A stretch of 62,599 bases of DNA, counting the filler, from Catajapyx aquilonaris (lineage: Eukaryota): NCBI GenBank assembly GCA_000934665.2. It is 2 parts of 2 records of this genome, joined end to end, with 100 filler letters (N's around TTAATTAATTAA, not from the genome) between each part and the next. Parts side by side here need not be neighbours in the genome. Positions count along the whole stretch, not along the records: positions 1 to 31,270 come from KZ539169.1; positions 31,371 to 62,599 come from KZ539170.1. One strand, 5' to 3'. Of the stretch, positions 26,001 through 36,633 are shown piece by piece. The translations under genes were made by a program, and so were the position numbers. The notes beneath the pieces were generated by a model. The model worked only from the letters and a program-made list of their open reading frames with translations. It was not told the origin of the DNA and did no database searches. Positions within the stretch are counted from its first letter, which is position 1; the number at the start of each line of letters is the position of its first letter.

Positions 26001-27771
26001 TTTTGTACCTATAAGTTTCGTTCCGGTTGCATTTCGGATCACGAAACACTGAGGTGATACAGAACTGTCGAAAAATCGTACCAAAACATACAATTTCATT
26101 TCGGATCACATCCCTGCCTGTTGGTGGCGACATGCATCGTATGGTGTGGATGTTTGAATTTCTCACGCTAAAATGTGCAGAGTGATTTCGAACTTTGGCG
26201 GCCAAAATTCAATTCAATATACTCCTGCCATCTCTTGGATGGTGACTAACGTACCATGACATCCCCGCAGTCCACTGGGCGGGAGCCAAGCTGAGTCGAA
26301 CATGCCAAGGTCACGTGGCTGCCGCGTCATTTTTCATGGAAACAAACGCCCTGAGTATAGGGTGTCCCGTAAAGTCTGGACCCTTGGGAGTTCATAGTAC
26401 AGTGTCGTGGTAATATTGTGCATAATAACAGTGTATAGTCATTATGTAAACTTGTTAGGCCTATTGACGTTCTGAGAGCTAGACGATACTTAAAAAATTA
26501 TGTCTGGAACACACTGTAGATAAATTTTTTTCTGTATTTTACATTCAAAAGGACCACCACGAATTAACAGGATTAATTTTGGCGCGAAGTTGTTATTCAT
26601 TAATATCACTCCTACATTGAATTTTGAGCAAAAACAGAAAGAAAAAAAGCCACAACAACAACAACAACGAGAAACTACTTAGCCCTCAGCAGGTTAAAGT
26701 CATATGCTGGAGATTAATCATGTACATCAGCTGGCATGTGCAAGATAATTAGAGATTAACTTTAAGAGTGTCAATTGTAAGGTGAAGGACATTTTGTTAG
26801 CTTTTATTTAATTATTTCAGAAAATGTTTCCATCTAGTGGCATCAGAGCTCACTCGGACATCTTGGAACGCATAGTGTATAAGAAGACATTTGAAAATGC
26901 TACACTTCTAGAAGCACGCATTCACTCTCCCCAAGAGGTTGCCAGCGTGAGTGGGGAGCAGCAAGGACAGAAACAAGTGGAGCAGGTGCCAGTAAGGGCT
27001 CCAATGGTACTTCTAGAAGCATGCATTCACTCTCCCCAAGAGGTTGCCAGCGTGAGTGGGGAGCAGCAAGGACAGAAACAAGTGGAGCAGGTGCCAGTAA
27101 GGGCTCCAATGGTACTTCTAGAAGCATGCATTCACTCTCCCCAAGAGGTTGCCAGCGTGAGTGGGGAGCAGCAAGGACAGAAACAAGTGGAGCAGGTGCC
27201 AGTAAGGGCTCCAATGGTACTGAGAAATAAAACCAGAGGACAAGGACTGTGTAGGAAGGGTGCAATTGCTAGTCGTAGTGATGACTCTGATGATAAGAAT
27301 ACACAGACCAGCAAACCTGGGGGAAAGAAAAAGGTGAAATACAATGTTGAAGTCGATCCAGATGCAAAGAACTTGAGGGGATGTTTGAGAGTACGAAAGG
27401 TCATCCCTAGGGGAAGAAGGCCCTGGGCTTGCCACATTTGCAAGCAACGCTTTGCTCGAAAGTATAGCATGGAGACTCACATCAATGGCGTACATTTGAA
27501 CCTGAGACCTTATCCATGTAACCTGTGTGAAAAGGCATTTTCTAAGGTAACCAAGCTGACCATTCACAAAAGGGTACACACTGGAGAGAAGCCGTTTTCC
27601 TGCCAAGTGTGCAGCAAAGCATTTTCACAGATGGGAATGTTGAAATCCCATATGCTACAGCATACAGGAGAGAAGCCATATCCTTGTGGCAAGTGTGAAA
27701 AAGCATTTACACGAAGTGGAACACTGAAAAAACACATGGCACGCCATGTTCAAAAGTTTCTCAGTCTGTAA
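9055..27771 (+). CDS. C2H2 zinc-finger protein 1 (~475 aa; N-terminal predicted coiled coil, acidic linker, 3x35-aa repeat, 4 C-terminal fingers)
   Basis: join(9055..9223,18093..18259,21480..21620,26821..27771); all introns GT-AG, phases 1/0/0, no internal stop. Four CxxC-x12-H-x3/4-H fingers with two TGEKP linkers. The last exon is near-certain; linkage of the upstream exons is inferred from phase and composition. Confidence 0.8.
10466..10670. mobile_element. Palindromic MITE core (~85-bp near-perfect arms)
   Basis: GGTTGAACCTGGTTGACGGGTTTTTAGCCTTGCGGGTTGCACTGAAAAAGGC... mirrored by ...GCCTTTTTCAGTGCAACCCGCAAGGCTAAAAACCCGTTCAACCAGGTTCAAACC. Confidence 0.75.
11703..11861. repeat. Dispersed ~160-bp repeat (second copy at about 41170-41328), unclassified
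   Basis: Both copies run TGTGGCCCTGCCAGGCACGGTACG...AACGAACGTTATTGTGGCTTTGCCA. Confidence 0.75.
12083..12430 (-). mobile_element. tRNA(Ala-like)-derived SINE, family A
   Basis: Minus-strand head GGGGGAGGTGTGGTGGCCGTGATGG (A box)...GGCCCCAGGTTCGATCCCCG (B box); A-rich tail; TSD ACCTCCTTC at 12074-12082 and 12431-12439. Confidence 0.85.
13039..13554 (-). mobile_element. tRNA-derived SINE, family B, with doubled 3' end and (ATT)n tails
   Basis: B-box-like GGATCAAATCC on the minus strand; colinear with the 15570-15941 copy; TSD AAAAT(A/G)GCCTG at 13028-13038 and 13556-13566. Confidence 0.85.
14196..14794 (-). mobile_element. pogo/Tigger-like non-autonomous element
   Basis: TA|CGGCAAAACTTCTATAAATC ... 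GACTTATAGAAGTTTTACTG|TA with repeated TTCGA(G/C)TTA subterminal motifs. Minus-strand relic PDVPKEVFDSIVTIES/RQMSITEIFF resembles the pogo C-terminal PIP box. Confidence 0.75.
14842..15426 (-). mobile_element. SINE family A, second copy, interrupted by a Harbinger-like MITE
   Basis: Colinear with 12083-12430; TSD ACTGAAAATA at 14832-14841 and 15427-15436. Confidence 0.85.
14987..15196. mobile_element. PIF/Harbinger (Tourist-like) MITE inserted in a SINE
   Basis: TIR AGTACGTTTACATGGGACTAAAAATCGGCCT / AGGCCGATTTTTAGTCCCATGTAAACGTACT; flanks TAA / CAA; absent from the other SINE-A copy. Confidence 0.8.
15570..15941 (-). mobile_element. SINE family B, second copy
   Basis: Minus-strand head GGGGAGACGGAGTGGCACTGCGG (A box)...GGTTCGATACC (B box); body colinear with 13216-13554. 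Confidence 0.8.
15951..16987. mobile_element. Tc1/pogo-type foldback element with ~430-bp arms, TA TSD
   Basis: TA|CAGTATTT ... AAATACGG|TA; arms about 15951-16385 and 16548-16987 are reverse complements. Confidence 0.85.
17348..17615 (-). pseudogene. mariner (DD34D) transposase C-terminal relic
   Basis: QQFK*ELFDHPP*NRDLQPRDYHVSMDMKKWHAKQRFEDEEDLQSSV...YDKCLDLAGNNVVKK*, a decayed HPPYSPDLAPSDYHLF...YDKCL motif with stops and frameshifts. Confidence 0.85.
18473..19687. mobile_element. Foldback element with ~500-bp almost identical arms
   Basis: CAGGGCGATTCCA / TGGAATTGCCCTG termini; about 18515-19018 mirrors 19153-19654 (mirror ORFs 18710+ and 19245- differ by one residue). Confidence 0.9.
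20246..20493. mobile_element. Small MITE with ~38-bp TIRs
   Basis: TGTTGTTAATCTGACAAAAGGACGAATTCAACATTTT / AAAATGATGAATTCATCCCTTTGTCAGATTAACGACG. Confidence 0.7.
21833..23792. mobile_element. Kolobok-like (TTAA TSD, GG termini) foldback with ~550-bp arms
   Basis: TTAA|GGGGGCCGGATACCAAAG ... CTTTGGTATCCGGCCCCC|TTAA; arms about 21833-22380 and 23243-23792; (ATT)n/(AAT)n block in the spacer. Confidence 0.85.
23797..24285. mobile_element. Second Kolobok-like MITE abutting the first (partial relative at about 32638-32755)
   Basis: TTAA|GGTGGCGCA ... TGCGCCGCC|TGAA; shares AAACAAACTCGCTTATGCATGG...GACATGTCTACGCTTCTG with 32675-32730. Confidence 0.6.
24298..26116. mobile_element. hAT (Ac-like CAGGGATG TIR) non-autonomous element, 8-bp TSD CCTGTTGG
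   Basis: CAGGGATGTGATCCGA / TCGGATCACATCCCTG; perfect TSD at 24290-24297 and 26117-26124; CGAAA/TTTCG subterminal repeats; internal inverted array of ~135-bp units at about 24870-25335. Confidence 0.9.
26905..27221 (+). repeat. In-frame coding tandem repeat, 3 x 105 bp (35 aa)
   Basis: Units start at 26905, 27010 and 27115; one substitution (CGC vs TGC) among the copies. Confidence 0.95.
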
Positions 27772-27934
27772 GTCTGAATGGATGCTATGATCATGTGCCA
27801 AAGCTACAGTTCACTCAAGAAGTCCGATACAAAAGAAGGCCCACATTTTTATACATAGGGCCTAGTCCATATCAATTCAGGCAGGCAAAGAGAAAATCTT
27901 ACCTTTATAGTCTCAGATGTTTTTAAATTTCACA

Positions 27935-29875
27935 TACTTTAAATTTCAGAAAAAATCAACAAACCTTATATATTTGTTTGGTTCGAAAAAATTCCTGGCC
28001 CAAGATACAGGGCGCCATTTCTCACTTGCGATTTTCGGTAGTTTTAAAACGCTCTATCTCTGGAACGGTTCAAGATATTTTGTTGCGGTTTTTTAAATTT
28101 GAAGGATAATATTTTTCTGATTAAAATGATATCTTCAGTTTGGAAATATGTGTACAGGTTCTCTTGCTGTAGCCTTCTGAATTTTATTTTGAAAAATCTT
28201 TTTAAAAAAATCTTATTTTTTTTCTTTTTTCTTTTTTCTTTTTTTTTCAAAAATGTCAATCCCAAAAATTTTGCTTTTTTGACTGTTGATCAGTACCATC
28301 AAGTACTACATTCCCTGAAAAGGAGAACTTCCATATTTGAGTTTAACAGATTTTATAAACAATGTTCAGTTAATTGGATACCAGATGGCTGCCAGGACTC
28401 ACAGTTGTGAGCACGATCTAAGAATACTCAGGTCTGGTCACTCCCACCCACCCCCTGCCGGGGCGTTTTGCAGAAGGTACTCACTTGAGAGCGTCATGAG
28501 ACATTTCAGGGCCCAGGTAAGTGACGACCCTACCGGACCAGGCTGAACTTTATAGGTACAAAAGGGAAGCGCTACATCCGGGCCCAACATGGCCGCCGGC
28601 GACCATGTTGGGTCCCCCAATGTAGCGCTTCCCTTTTGTACCTATAAAGTTCAGCCTGGTCCGGTAGGGTCGCCACTTACCTGGGCTCTGAAATGTCTCA
28701 TGTCGCTCTCAGGTGAGCACCCCCTGCAAAATGCCTAGGCAGGAGATAACATCAGAGTGTAGTACAAGTGTCCGGGGGCTGGTTGTGAGTCCTGGCAGCC
28801 ATCTTGTATCCAATCCAAATAGCTACAGAAGCTAAAACATGAACATTGTTTATAAAACCTGTTAACACTTAATCTTTTTGGACCCCACAATGTAGTTAAT
28901 ACCATCGCAATTAATAAATTTTGTATGAAATGAAAAATGGAAGGCCTATATTCCTCAGACATACGGTACTTTCTTTGATCCAATGAAAAATTTTGACATC
29001 AGTAGAGAAAAAAAATTGCCGAGTTACCGGTACTTTAATGCTGCTAAGCGTCCCTGCAGGGTCCAGAAATACCCCACGTCGTAGCCAATGTGCATAATTT
29101 TTTAGAGAACGCATCACAGCAAATTGTATTTTATAAAGTGTGAGTGTTGTTATTCAGCAATATATATTGCTCGGAACTAAAATCTTGCAGACACTGCAGC
29201 TGGGAATGTTTACGTTATAAGTCATTACTTACGGCATCGAGCTGGAAGGCTACGAAGCTGCCATAACGGAGTCTCAAGTCCCTTATGACTCAACTAATGG
29301 TCACAGAAGATTGATTTTTTTTACACATACAGATGAGAATACAGTCCGAATTCAGCGGGCTTTAGTGCTATTAAGTCAATTTTTTTTTAAAATGAAAACC
29401 GCGTGGGGTCCCTAAAGACCCCACGTTATAGCCAATGTATGGCAGATTCACGTTGGTGATTAAGTTAGTGTTAAGCTCAAAAGTGGAAGTTCTCCTTTTC
29501 AGGGAATGTAGTACTCTATGGTACTGATCAACAGTCAAGAAATCAAAATTTTTGGTATTGGCATTTTTGGAAAAAAAAAACAATTATTTTAGATTTTTCA
29601 AAATAAACTTTGGAAGGCTACAGCAAGAGAGCCTGTACACATATTTCCAAACTGAGGATATCATTTTAATCAGAAAGATATTATCTTTCAAATATAAAAA
29701 ACCGCAACAAAATATCTTGAACAGTTCCAGATATAGAGCATTTTAAAACTTTGCCGAAAATCGCAAGTGAGAAATGGCGCCAGAGGCGTCATCTTTGGCG
29801 GCCTGTATCTCGGGCCAGGAATTTTTTTGAACAAAACAAAAAAATACGGGATGTTGACTTTTTCCTGAATTTTAA
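27935..29875. mobile_element. Large inverted-repeat element just downstream of the ZNF1 stop codon
   Basis: About 27935-28348 is the reverse complement of about 29470-29875; it encloses a smaller palindrome (about 28342-28865) and the 28412-28781 insertion. Boundaries are approximate. Confidence 0.75.
28412..28781. mobile_element. 370-bp copy of the unclassified CA...TG 8-bp-TSD element
   Basis: GTTGTGAG at 28404-28411 and 28782-28789; internal ~140-bp inverted arms at about 28454-28744; asymmetric ends shared with 4521-4651. Confidence 0.85.
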
Positions 29876-31171
29876 CATATGAGGCATTCCACGTCAAGCG
29901 GGCCACCTTTCCGACAAATCTTTGAGGACCTTGACCAAAATTTAATGACATGTACTACTCATCGACCTATGCAGGAACCCAAATTATTATACCTCTGCGT
30001 TCCGTGGTTGCGTAACTACAGGGTGGGAAAGTTGCTATTTTTCACTCATTTTACGCTGTCATGGCTTTGAATGGAGGCCCATAACTTCTGAACCCCTAAA
30101 GTGATTCCAAAGGTGATCAGTGATTTGGACAGGTCTGGAAACGCCCTTTAATACTATGACAGCAAGAATTTTGAAAAATGAAAATTGCAATTTCTAAATG
30201 GCGACAAAATTTTGATTTTGATTTAGCTCAAACTTGGACATTTTTGATATTTTTTGAATGTGTCTTAAAACGAAGCTTGAACGATCCTACTGATATTTCC
30301 GAAAACTCTCGAGGACCCTTTTTTGATTTTTACCCGCTACAAGCTGCGATAGGACCCCCCCGCCCGCCCCCTCTCTTATTCCCTCTGCCTTCCGGCCGGG
30401 CGGAGACCCATTAATATATTGCGCTGGCGTGGATTGTCTCTGCTGCAGCTGGCTCACTGGATCTCACTTTCTTACCTGCCCAACTGAACGAAGTAGGCTA
30501 AACGTGTGATAGACACATAATATAGACACTGCCCTTCCCTGCTTACTCTACGAGTAAAATCATCAGCAGACACTAACATTGGGAAATATGACGAGAGTAG
30601 TATTCGGAGCAATACAACAACAACAACAACAACAACAACTTTATCTGCAAACCTATGCGCTTGTCCTATACCGACTCAAAAAAATCCCAACCGGTGATGA
30701 TGCTATAAGATATTCTGTACTGCCCCAGGCTGACCTCCATGAGGATGCGTTTGATTATATGCCGACTCATTACCAGAATTTATTTAGCTGAACCGATAAG
30801 CTCTGTGATCATTTAAAAGGGCACTAAATATAAAGGTTCATAAAGTTAATATACAATTGCTCTCTGCGTTTTACAGGGTTGAGACTGCCAACGGATTAAG
30901 AAGGCCTTTCCCATTACAACGCTACGGCTAAAATCGTATTTACAACAAATGCAATACCGGTATGTCACACTCACTACACATATCCAACCCTCACGTCATA
31001 CTCAATAGAATTAAATTATCTTGATTAGCATTAAAGCATGATAGTTTTAATATTGAATTAAACAGGAGTTAGCAGCTATCATCAACATTGTACGTCACTA
31101 TAGGGCGGGAAAGTTCTTAATTAAGCAGTAAGAACCACCAACTTATATTTTATTTGCAATGTGAATGTTAA

Positions 31172-31270
31172 GGGACTGTTAAAGATAAGGTGTGTAGGTC
31201 TACTCTAAGGTGGTTTGGCCATGTGGAGAGGATGAAGGAGGAGGAGATTGTGAAGAAGGTTTATTTGGGT
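31172..31270 (+). mobile_element. RTE-clade LINE fragment (C-terminal to RT), cut by the gap
   Basis: GTVKDKVCRSTLRWFGHVERMKEEEIVKKVYLG matches the RTE LRWFGHVxRM motif. Confidence 0.85.
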
Positions 31271-31370
31271 NNNNNNNNNNNNNNNNNNNNNNNNNNNNNN
31301 NNNNNNNNNNNNNNTTAATTAATTAANNNNNNNNNNNNNNNNNNNNNNNNNNNNNNNNNNNNNNNNNNNN
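31271..31370. other. Artificial contig-joining spacer
   Basis: 44 N + TTAATTAATTAA (stops in all six frames) + 44 N = exactly 100 nt. Confidence 0.95.
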
Positions 31371-31859
31371 ATCGGTCGCGTATGTTTCCCTGATTTTAGC
31401 CCTTCTTATTAACATTCCAATTCTAGACTCTCATTTGATTAGCAAGTCGCTTCATTTCCACCTTAATTTGGAATCGACAAAGTGAAAGAGCACTTCTTTG
31501 TTTTCGTCCACGAAAAGAAAATCAGGAAAGGCAGTGAATTATTATTGCTTATAGGGGGTCGCAGTTGGTAAAAGATTGGAAACCACGGAGAAGGACAATC
31601 CTAATTATCCTATACATCCTGGGAGTCAGGCCTCCCTTCCAGCGAGGGAGCATCATTGGTGTCCCTCGAATGCCAGGATAAACTCTGCGACAAGACCAAT
31701 GATGTAAAACTGCTGTTATTTTGAATCACTTGATTGCCCGCATGCTCGCGAGTATGTTCTTGGATTGCGCTCCAAGAAATGTTTCCGAACTAAGTTGTCA
31801 TAATGTAAATTATGAATAATCGTGAGCTCTTGGCAACAAGTGCATATTGTAGTGTTATG

Positions 31860-32035
31860 CAACGATTCCGTCACACATCGCCCTATACGCAAATTCGCCA
31901 GACGACTACTCGCCCGACGACTACTTGCCCGATGCAAACTCGCCCGATATACTGGTACAAACTGGAGCAGTCCTCGCATGTACATGTACTGTACCGGTAT
32001 ATCGGGCGAGTGTGCATCGGGCGAATTGTTATGAT
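31860..32035. mobile_element. DNA-transposon remnant with ~15-bp subterminal repeats
   Basis: Repeated CTCGCCCGA-like units mirrored by TCGGGCGA units. Confidence 0.5.
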
Positions 32036-35000
32036 GTCCTGCCTAAACGAATTGCCGGCTCTGGTGATGAGGGGAGAGCTTATTAAGCTTATTCTGCTTA
32101 TTTATCCACCAACATTGTTGCCTTGATATATCGCCGAATAGATGTATAGAGAGGTGCCTAAAAACCTACCTAGATGGGACACAGTTTATCATGTTCGCGT
32201 ATTTACCAACATGTAGAGTAGTAAGAATACTATATATATCATCACATATTCTGATGTAGGGACGTTACCTTCGTCCTGGAAGCTGCTCATCTGGTGTTCT
32301 TCTCTGGTCAGATTATCTGACAATATTTTGTGCACATCCTACACAGTATACATACGGATACAATGTTTACGATTGTACGTATATTGCCCCTCCTGACATT
32401 ACGAAGGTCAGCACTCTTGACCATGTGTAAGTTGTGAATATGAAGGATGGATATTAATTTAGCCATGACATAAAGTGTACCGTACGTCAGGTTTCTCCTG
32501 AGCCGGTGTTTTATTTGATAAAAATATGTGTATAAACAAAGGAAAACTTTCCTGGCATTGAAACTATAATTATATACAATCTCGCCCTTTCTCAATATTT
32601 ATATTGTATAGGGTACGAGATGAGTATTAATCATAAAGGCGGCGCATGAGCAAAAACAAATACGGTGGCGGCCTAAACAAACTCGCTTATGCATGGACAG
32701 CTTATGGGGATTCGACATGTCTACGCTTCTGCGCCCGTATACGTCCGCAAAAATGGACTGTACGATTGTATTGCATAATCCGGAGATTGTTCCTGCTGGT
32801 ATAGGAATCCGTGTCAAGCAGCGTGGCATCTGGAGCCAAATGACCAGCCCTGCGGAGGTCTCAAGCGTTGGTGTTTGTCCATAATTATGCTGGTTAATAT
32901 AGTAATGCCTAAAGTGTTATACCTCCAATTCCCATGGTTTAGAAATAACAAAAGAATGGTTTCGAGAGGGCGGACTGAAATATAAGACTTTCCATTATGC
33001 CAATACTGGGTTTTCAATGATGTCGACGGTTGTCTATACCAGACATGTACAGTACCACTCACAGATCAGTTTGAATAGCGTATGTTCTAATAAGCAGTTT
33101 TTGTCGATATTGCAAAATTTTCCTTATTGCATTTCATAGTACAAGGCGGTGGTAAAACGTCGGGGCAGTAAATTACGATGACGTTCAATAAGGTTCATCC
33201 GTGCCTTATTGTCACTATTCATATAGTGTGATTATGAGACTGCAGCAGAGATTGCTGGCGTGCAACAACAGAAAAACTCACCCTGTCCTCATTTTGGTTC
33301 AAGCTGGCTTGCAATCTGGTCTGTATTCTATACCATAACACGAACCATCATCCTCGTCTATATATACTGCAGTAGCTTATAATCTTATACCAATTTGGTA
33401 ATTATTTAATTTTAGACTTCTTGATCAATTTGGTCGCATAATAATGATGCTATAGCTGTAAGCAAATGAGCATGGAGTTATTTTTTTAAAAAAGCTCTGC
33501 ATCGACTGGGACACGATATATTAAACCGATATAAAGATTTGGACGTCACCTGCAGTTGTTACTGGTTGAGGTGCCTCCGGTGTAAAGTGCTGGAGTCTCC
33601 ATAATGCGGAAAACATATTTATAGCCTGCAAAACAAATGCGGGTAGAATCGAAATGATCAGAGAATGGTCCAAGTTGTTCCGATCAGCTTTGTGATCAGT
33701 TCATTTCTCTTTTCCCAGACTAATAATAAAGATGCCCTACACGTAGCTTTATAGCACCCATCGCACTGTTTCAGGTTGACACTCATTCAATATCTATTCT
33801 GTAGTCCTATTTTTACACTGAATTTTGGCCTTCCGAGGCCGATCACGGAAGAAAATTATGTTGCATGCAGGCTTCCAGCACACAAAGATGCTATATAAGT
33901 AGTACTTTCATGAGTATAGCCAGAAGAGATGCGTCAAAACGACACTGCATAGGTTGTGGCAAACAAGGCGGAACATGGCGCATGTTGCCTACTATTCGTA
34001 TATGGAGATAATGTATTTTAAAATATCGGTAATGCAGATCATGCTTATAATTATTGAGGTCAACACGAGTAATAGTTTTTACGTCACTGTTGATTCTTTC
34101 TGAACCTATATAATACTGCCAGTCATCCCATCTTCCTGCAACATGATCTGTAGACTCTGATGATTAATCGTATGAATAATATAAAATAGTACGTATAAGG
34201 CGAATGTGTATAACATATTATACGGTATAATATTATTCGTGCTACTGACCCCATGTCATGCGCTATATCTATCACTGTCCAGTGCAAAATATCTTTCGAA
34301 TCACGAAAAATGGAATTTGGTCCATTGTAGGTCTGAATATTCCAATACATACTGCACCTGTAAGCTGTGTATGATGGGCATGCATGAATTATGTATTTTT
34401 GAAGTAGTAACACCATAAATACTCTAAGGTCTAAGCTAAGCATAATTGCAAATTTATTATCCTTCTGATGTATTGCAGAAGTGAAGAGTAATCTCAGGGG
34501 TTATAGGGATGTTATAGGTGGCTAGTAACGGCTCTTTTCTGAGAAGTCGCGACATATTTGCTAAGGTACTTTTTGTATAGCCGTCAAAATAATGGGTCTG
34601 ATGATCTCTACCAGGGTCTATATCTAAATCCTGCTACAGCTAGTAGACGTAATATTTTATTAATTTCGTGAGTATTGCACACAACCGCTTATTTCCCATC
34701 AGCGTTGTGGCCAGGGGGAGTTAATAAATGTCGCAATTCTTCAGCTTGTGGCTGTTACTCATTGTCAGTACGGGAACAGGGTCACACTGACCCGTGACAG
34801 TCACTATATACTCTATATAGGCTGAGCTGGTGTCCTCGAGGGTTATGTACTCATGTTTAGAGCTGGTTGTTATGTATCTGATTATATGGACGGAGTCACC
34901 TGATGGCCCTGTACATCCAAATGTCCGTGACCCGGTCACTCTTAGACTATAGTTAGCTTGGATCAGTCAAGTCGTAGATATAGTTGCACTTTGACATTGC

Positions 35001-35565
35001 TTCTGAAGAGGTGGAATGAGGAGTTTGATGTATATAGCCTAAGTTTAAAATGCAGGCCTGAGTTCCTCTCCCACCCAGTTCCACACCTCCATCATGCTGG
35101 ATACGACTCGTCGTAACACTGCAAAAATCAGTACACGTCAACAGTTTCACACGGGTCCTCGGGAGCTTACGACCCCCACACCTTAGCTTCTGCCTTTGAC
35201 CTATATACTTAGATCAAATGTACCGGGACTTTGAGTATCTATGTCGGCCTAAGTATATAGGCCATACAATAAGTAGTTGGCGACATGCACTGGTAAAAGA
35301 GCAGCCACCACATATTTGAATCACGTAACTGTGGAAAATCCGGGAAAACCTGACAGGTTTTACTCTCAGGACTTAAATTACCATACTCACAGTCAGTGAG
35401 ATTTGCACCCGTCCCATTGTACTGTACGTAAGTACTAATTTTCTTTCGGTGTGAAAAAGATCATGATAGCGTCTAGTATACGCATGAATATTATAGGCCC
35501 AAAATGTGGCGCCAACCCGACGCAACGGCTCGTGGACATTTTTACTCAGAGGTATTCATATATAG

Positions 35566-36633
35566 TCAGGGCCCTAAGCGTCTTAACCTTGCATTTTGTG
35601 ATAAGAAGGTTCCACTTGGCACATATGTTCCCTAGGCCTATAGGAGCAATTCCAGAGTTGCAGGCAACTAATCGGCTCCTTAGGTCACGAGTTATGCGGT
35701 GTTGCCAAAATGGCCTGGGATGACCTGAGCGTTTTTAACGTCGCATTTTGTGATAAGAAGGTACCGCTTGGCACACATGTTCCCTAGGTCTGTAGGAGTC
35801 GTTTGAGACATGGCGGCACTTGATCGGCTCCTTAGGTCAGGAGTTATGCGGTGTTGCCAACCTGGTCCTGGACCTAAGCGTTTTGAACCATTTTTAACTT
35901 TGCATTTTGGGATTTTGGCAAGCATGTTCCCCAGGCCTAGAGGATCAATTTGAGAGTTGGCGGCACTTGATCGGCCCCTTAGGTCACGAGTTATGCGGTT
36001 ATAATTAGGTCCCGGACCATGTTGGCAACACCGCATAACTCCTCACCTAAGGAGCCGATTACGTGCCGCCATCTCTCAAATGGATCCTATAGACCTAGGG
36101 AACATGTCTGCCAAGTGGCACCTTCTTATCACAAAGTGCCGAGTTAAAAGGCTTAGTTCCCTGATCAGGTTGGCAACACCGCAGAACTCGTGACCTAAGG
36201 GGTCGATCAGTTGCCTGCAACTCTGAAATTGCTCTTATAGGCCTAAGGAACATATGTACCAAGTGGCACCTTCTTATCCCAAAATGCAAAGTTAAAAATG
36301 GTTCAAAACGCTTAGGTCCAGGACCAGGTTGGCAACACCGCATAACTCCTGACCTAAGGAGCCGATCAAGTGCCGCCATGTCTCAAACGACTCCTACAGA
36401 CCTAGGGAACATGTGTGCCAAGCGGTACCTTCTTATCACAAAATGCGACGTTAAAAACGCTCAGGTCATCCCAGGCCATTTTGGCAACACCGCCTAACTC
36501 GTGACCTAAGGGGCCGATCAGTTGTCTGCAACTCTGGAATTGCTCCTATAGGCCTAGGGAACATATGTGCCAAGTGGCACCTTCTTATCCCAAAATGCAA
36601 GGTTAGGCCTGATTTTTGCGCTTAGGGCCCTGA
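35566..36633. mobile_element. Foldback built from ~155-bp tandem units in inverted orientation
   Basis: TCAGGGCCCTAAGCG / CGCTTAGGGCCCTGA ends; about 3 forward and 4 reverse units containing GAGTTATGCGGTGTTGCCAA. Confidence 0.85.

Noticed and set aside
33125..33170. P-loop-like peptide QGGGKTS
   Set aside because: It does not fit GxxxxGK[ST] spacing and a stop follows within three codons; likely chance.
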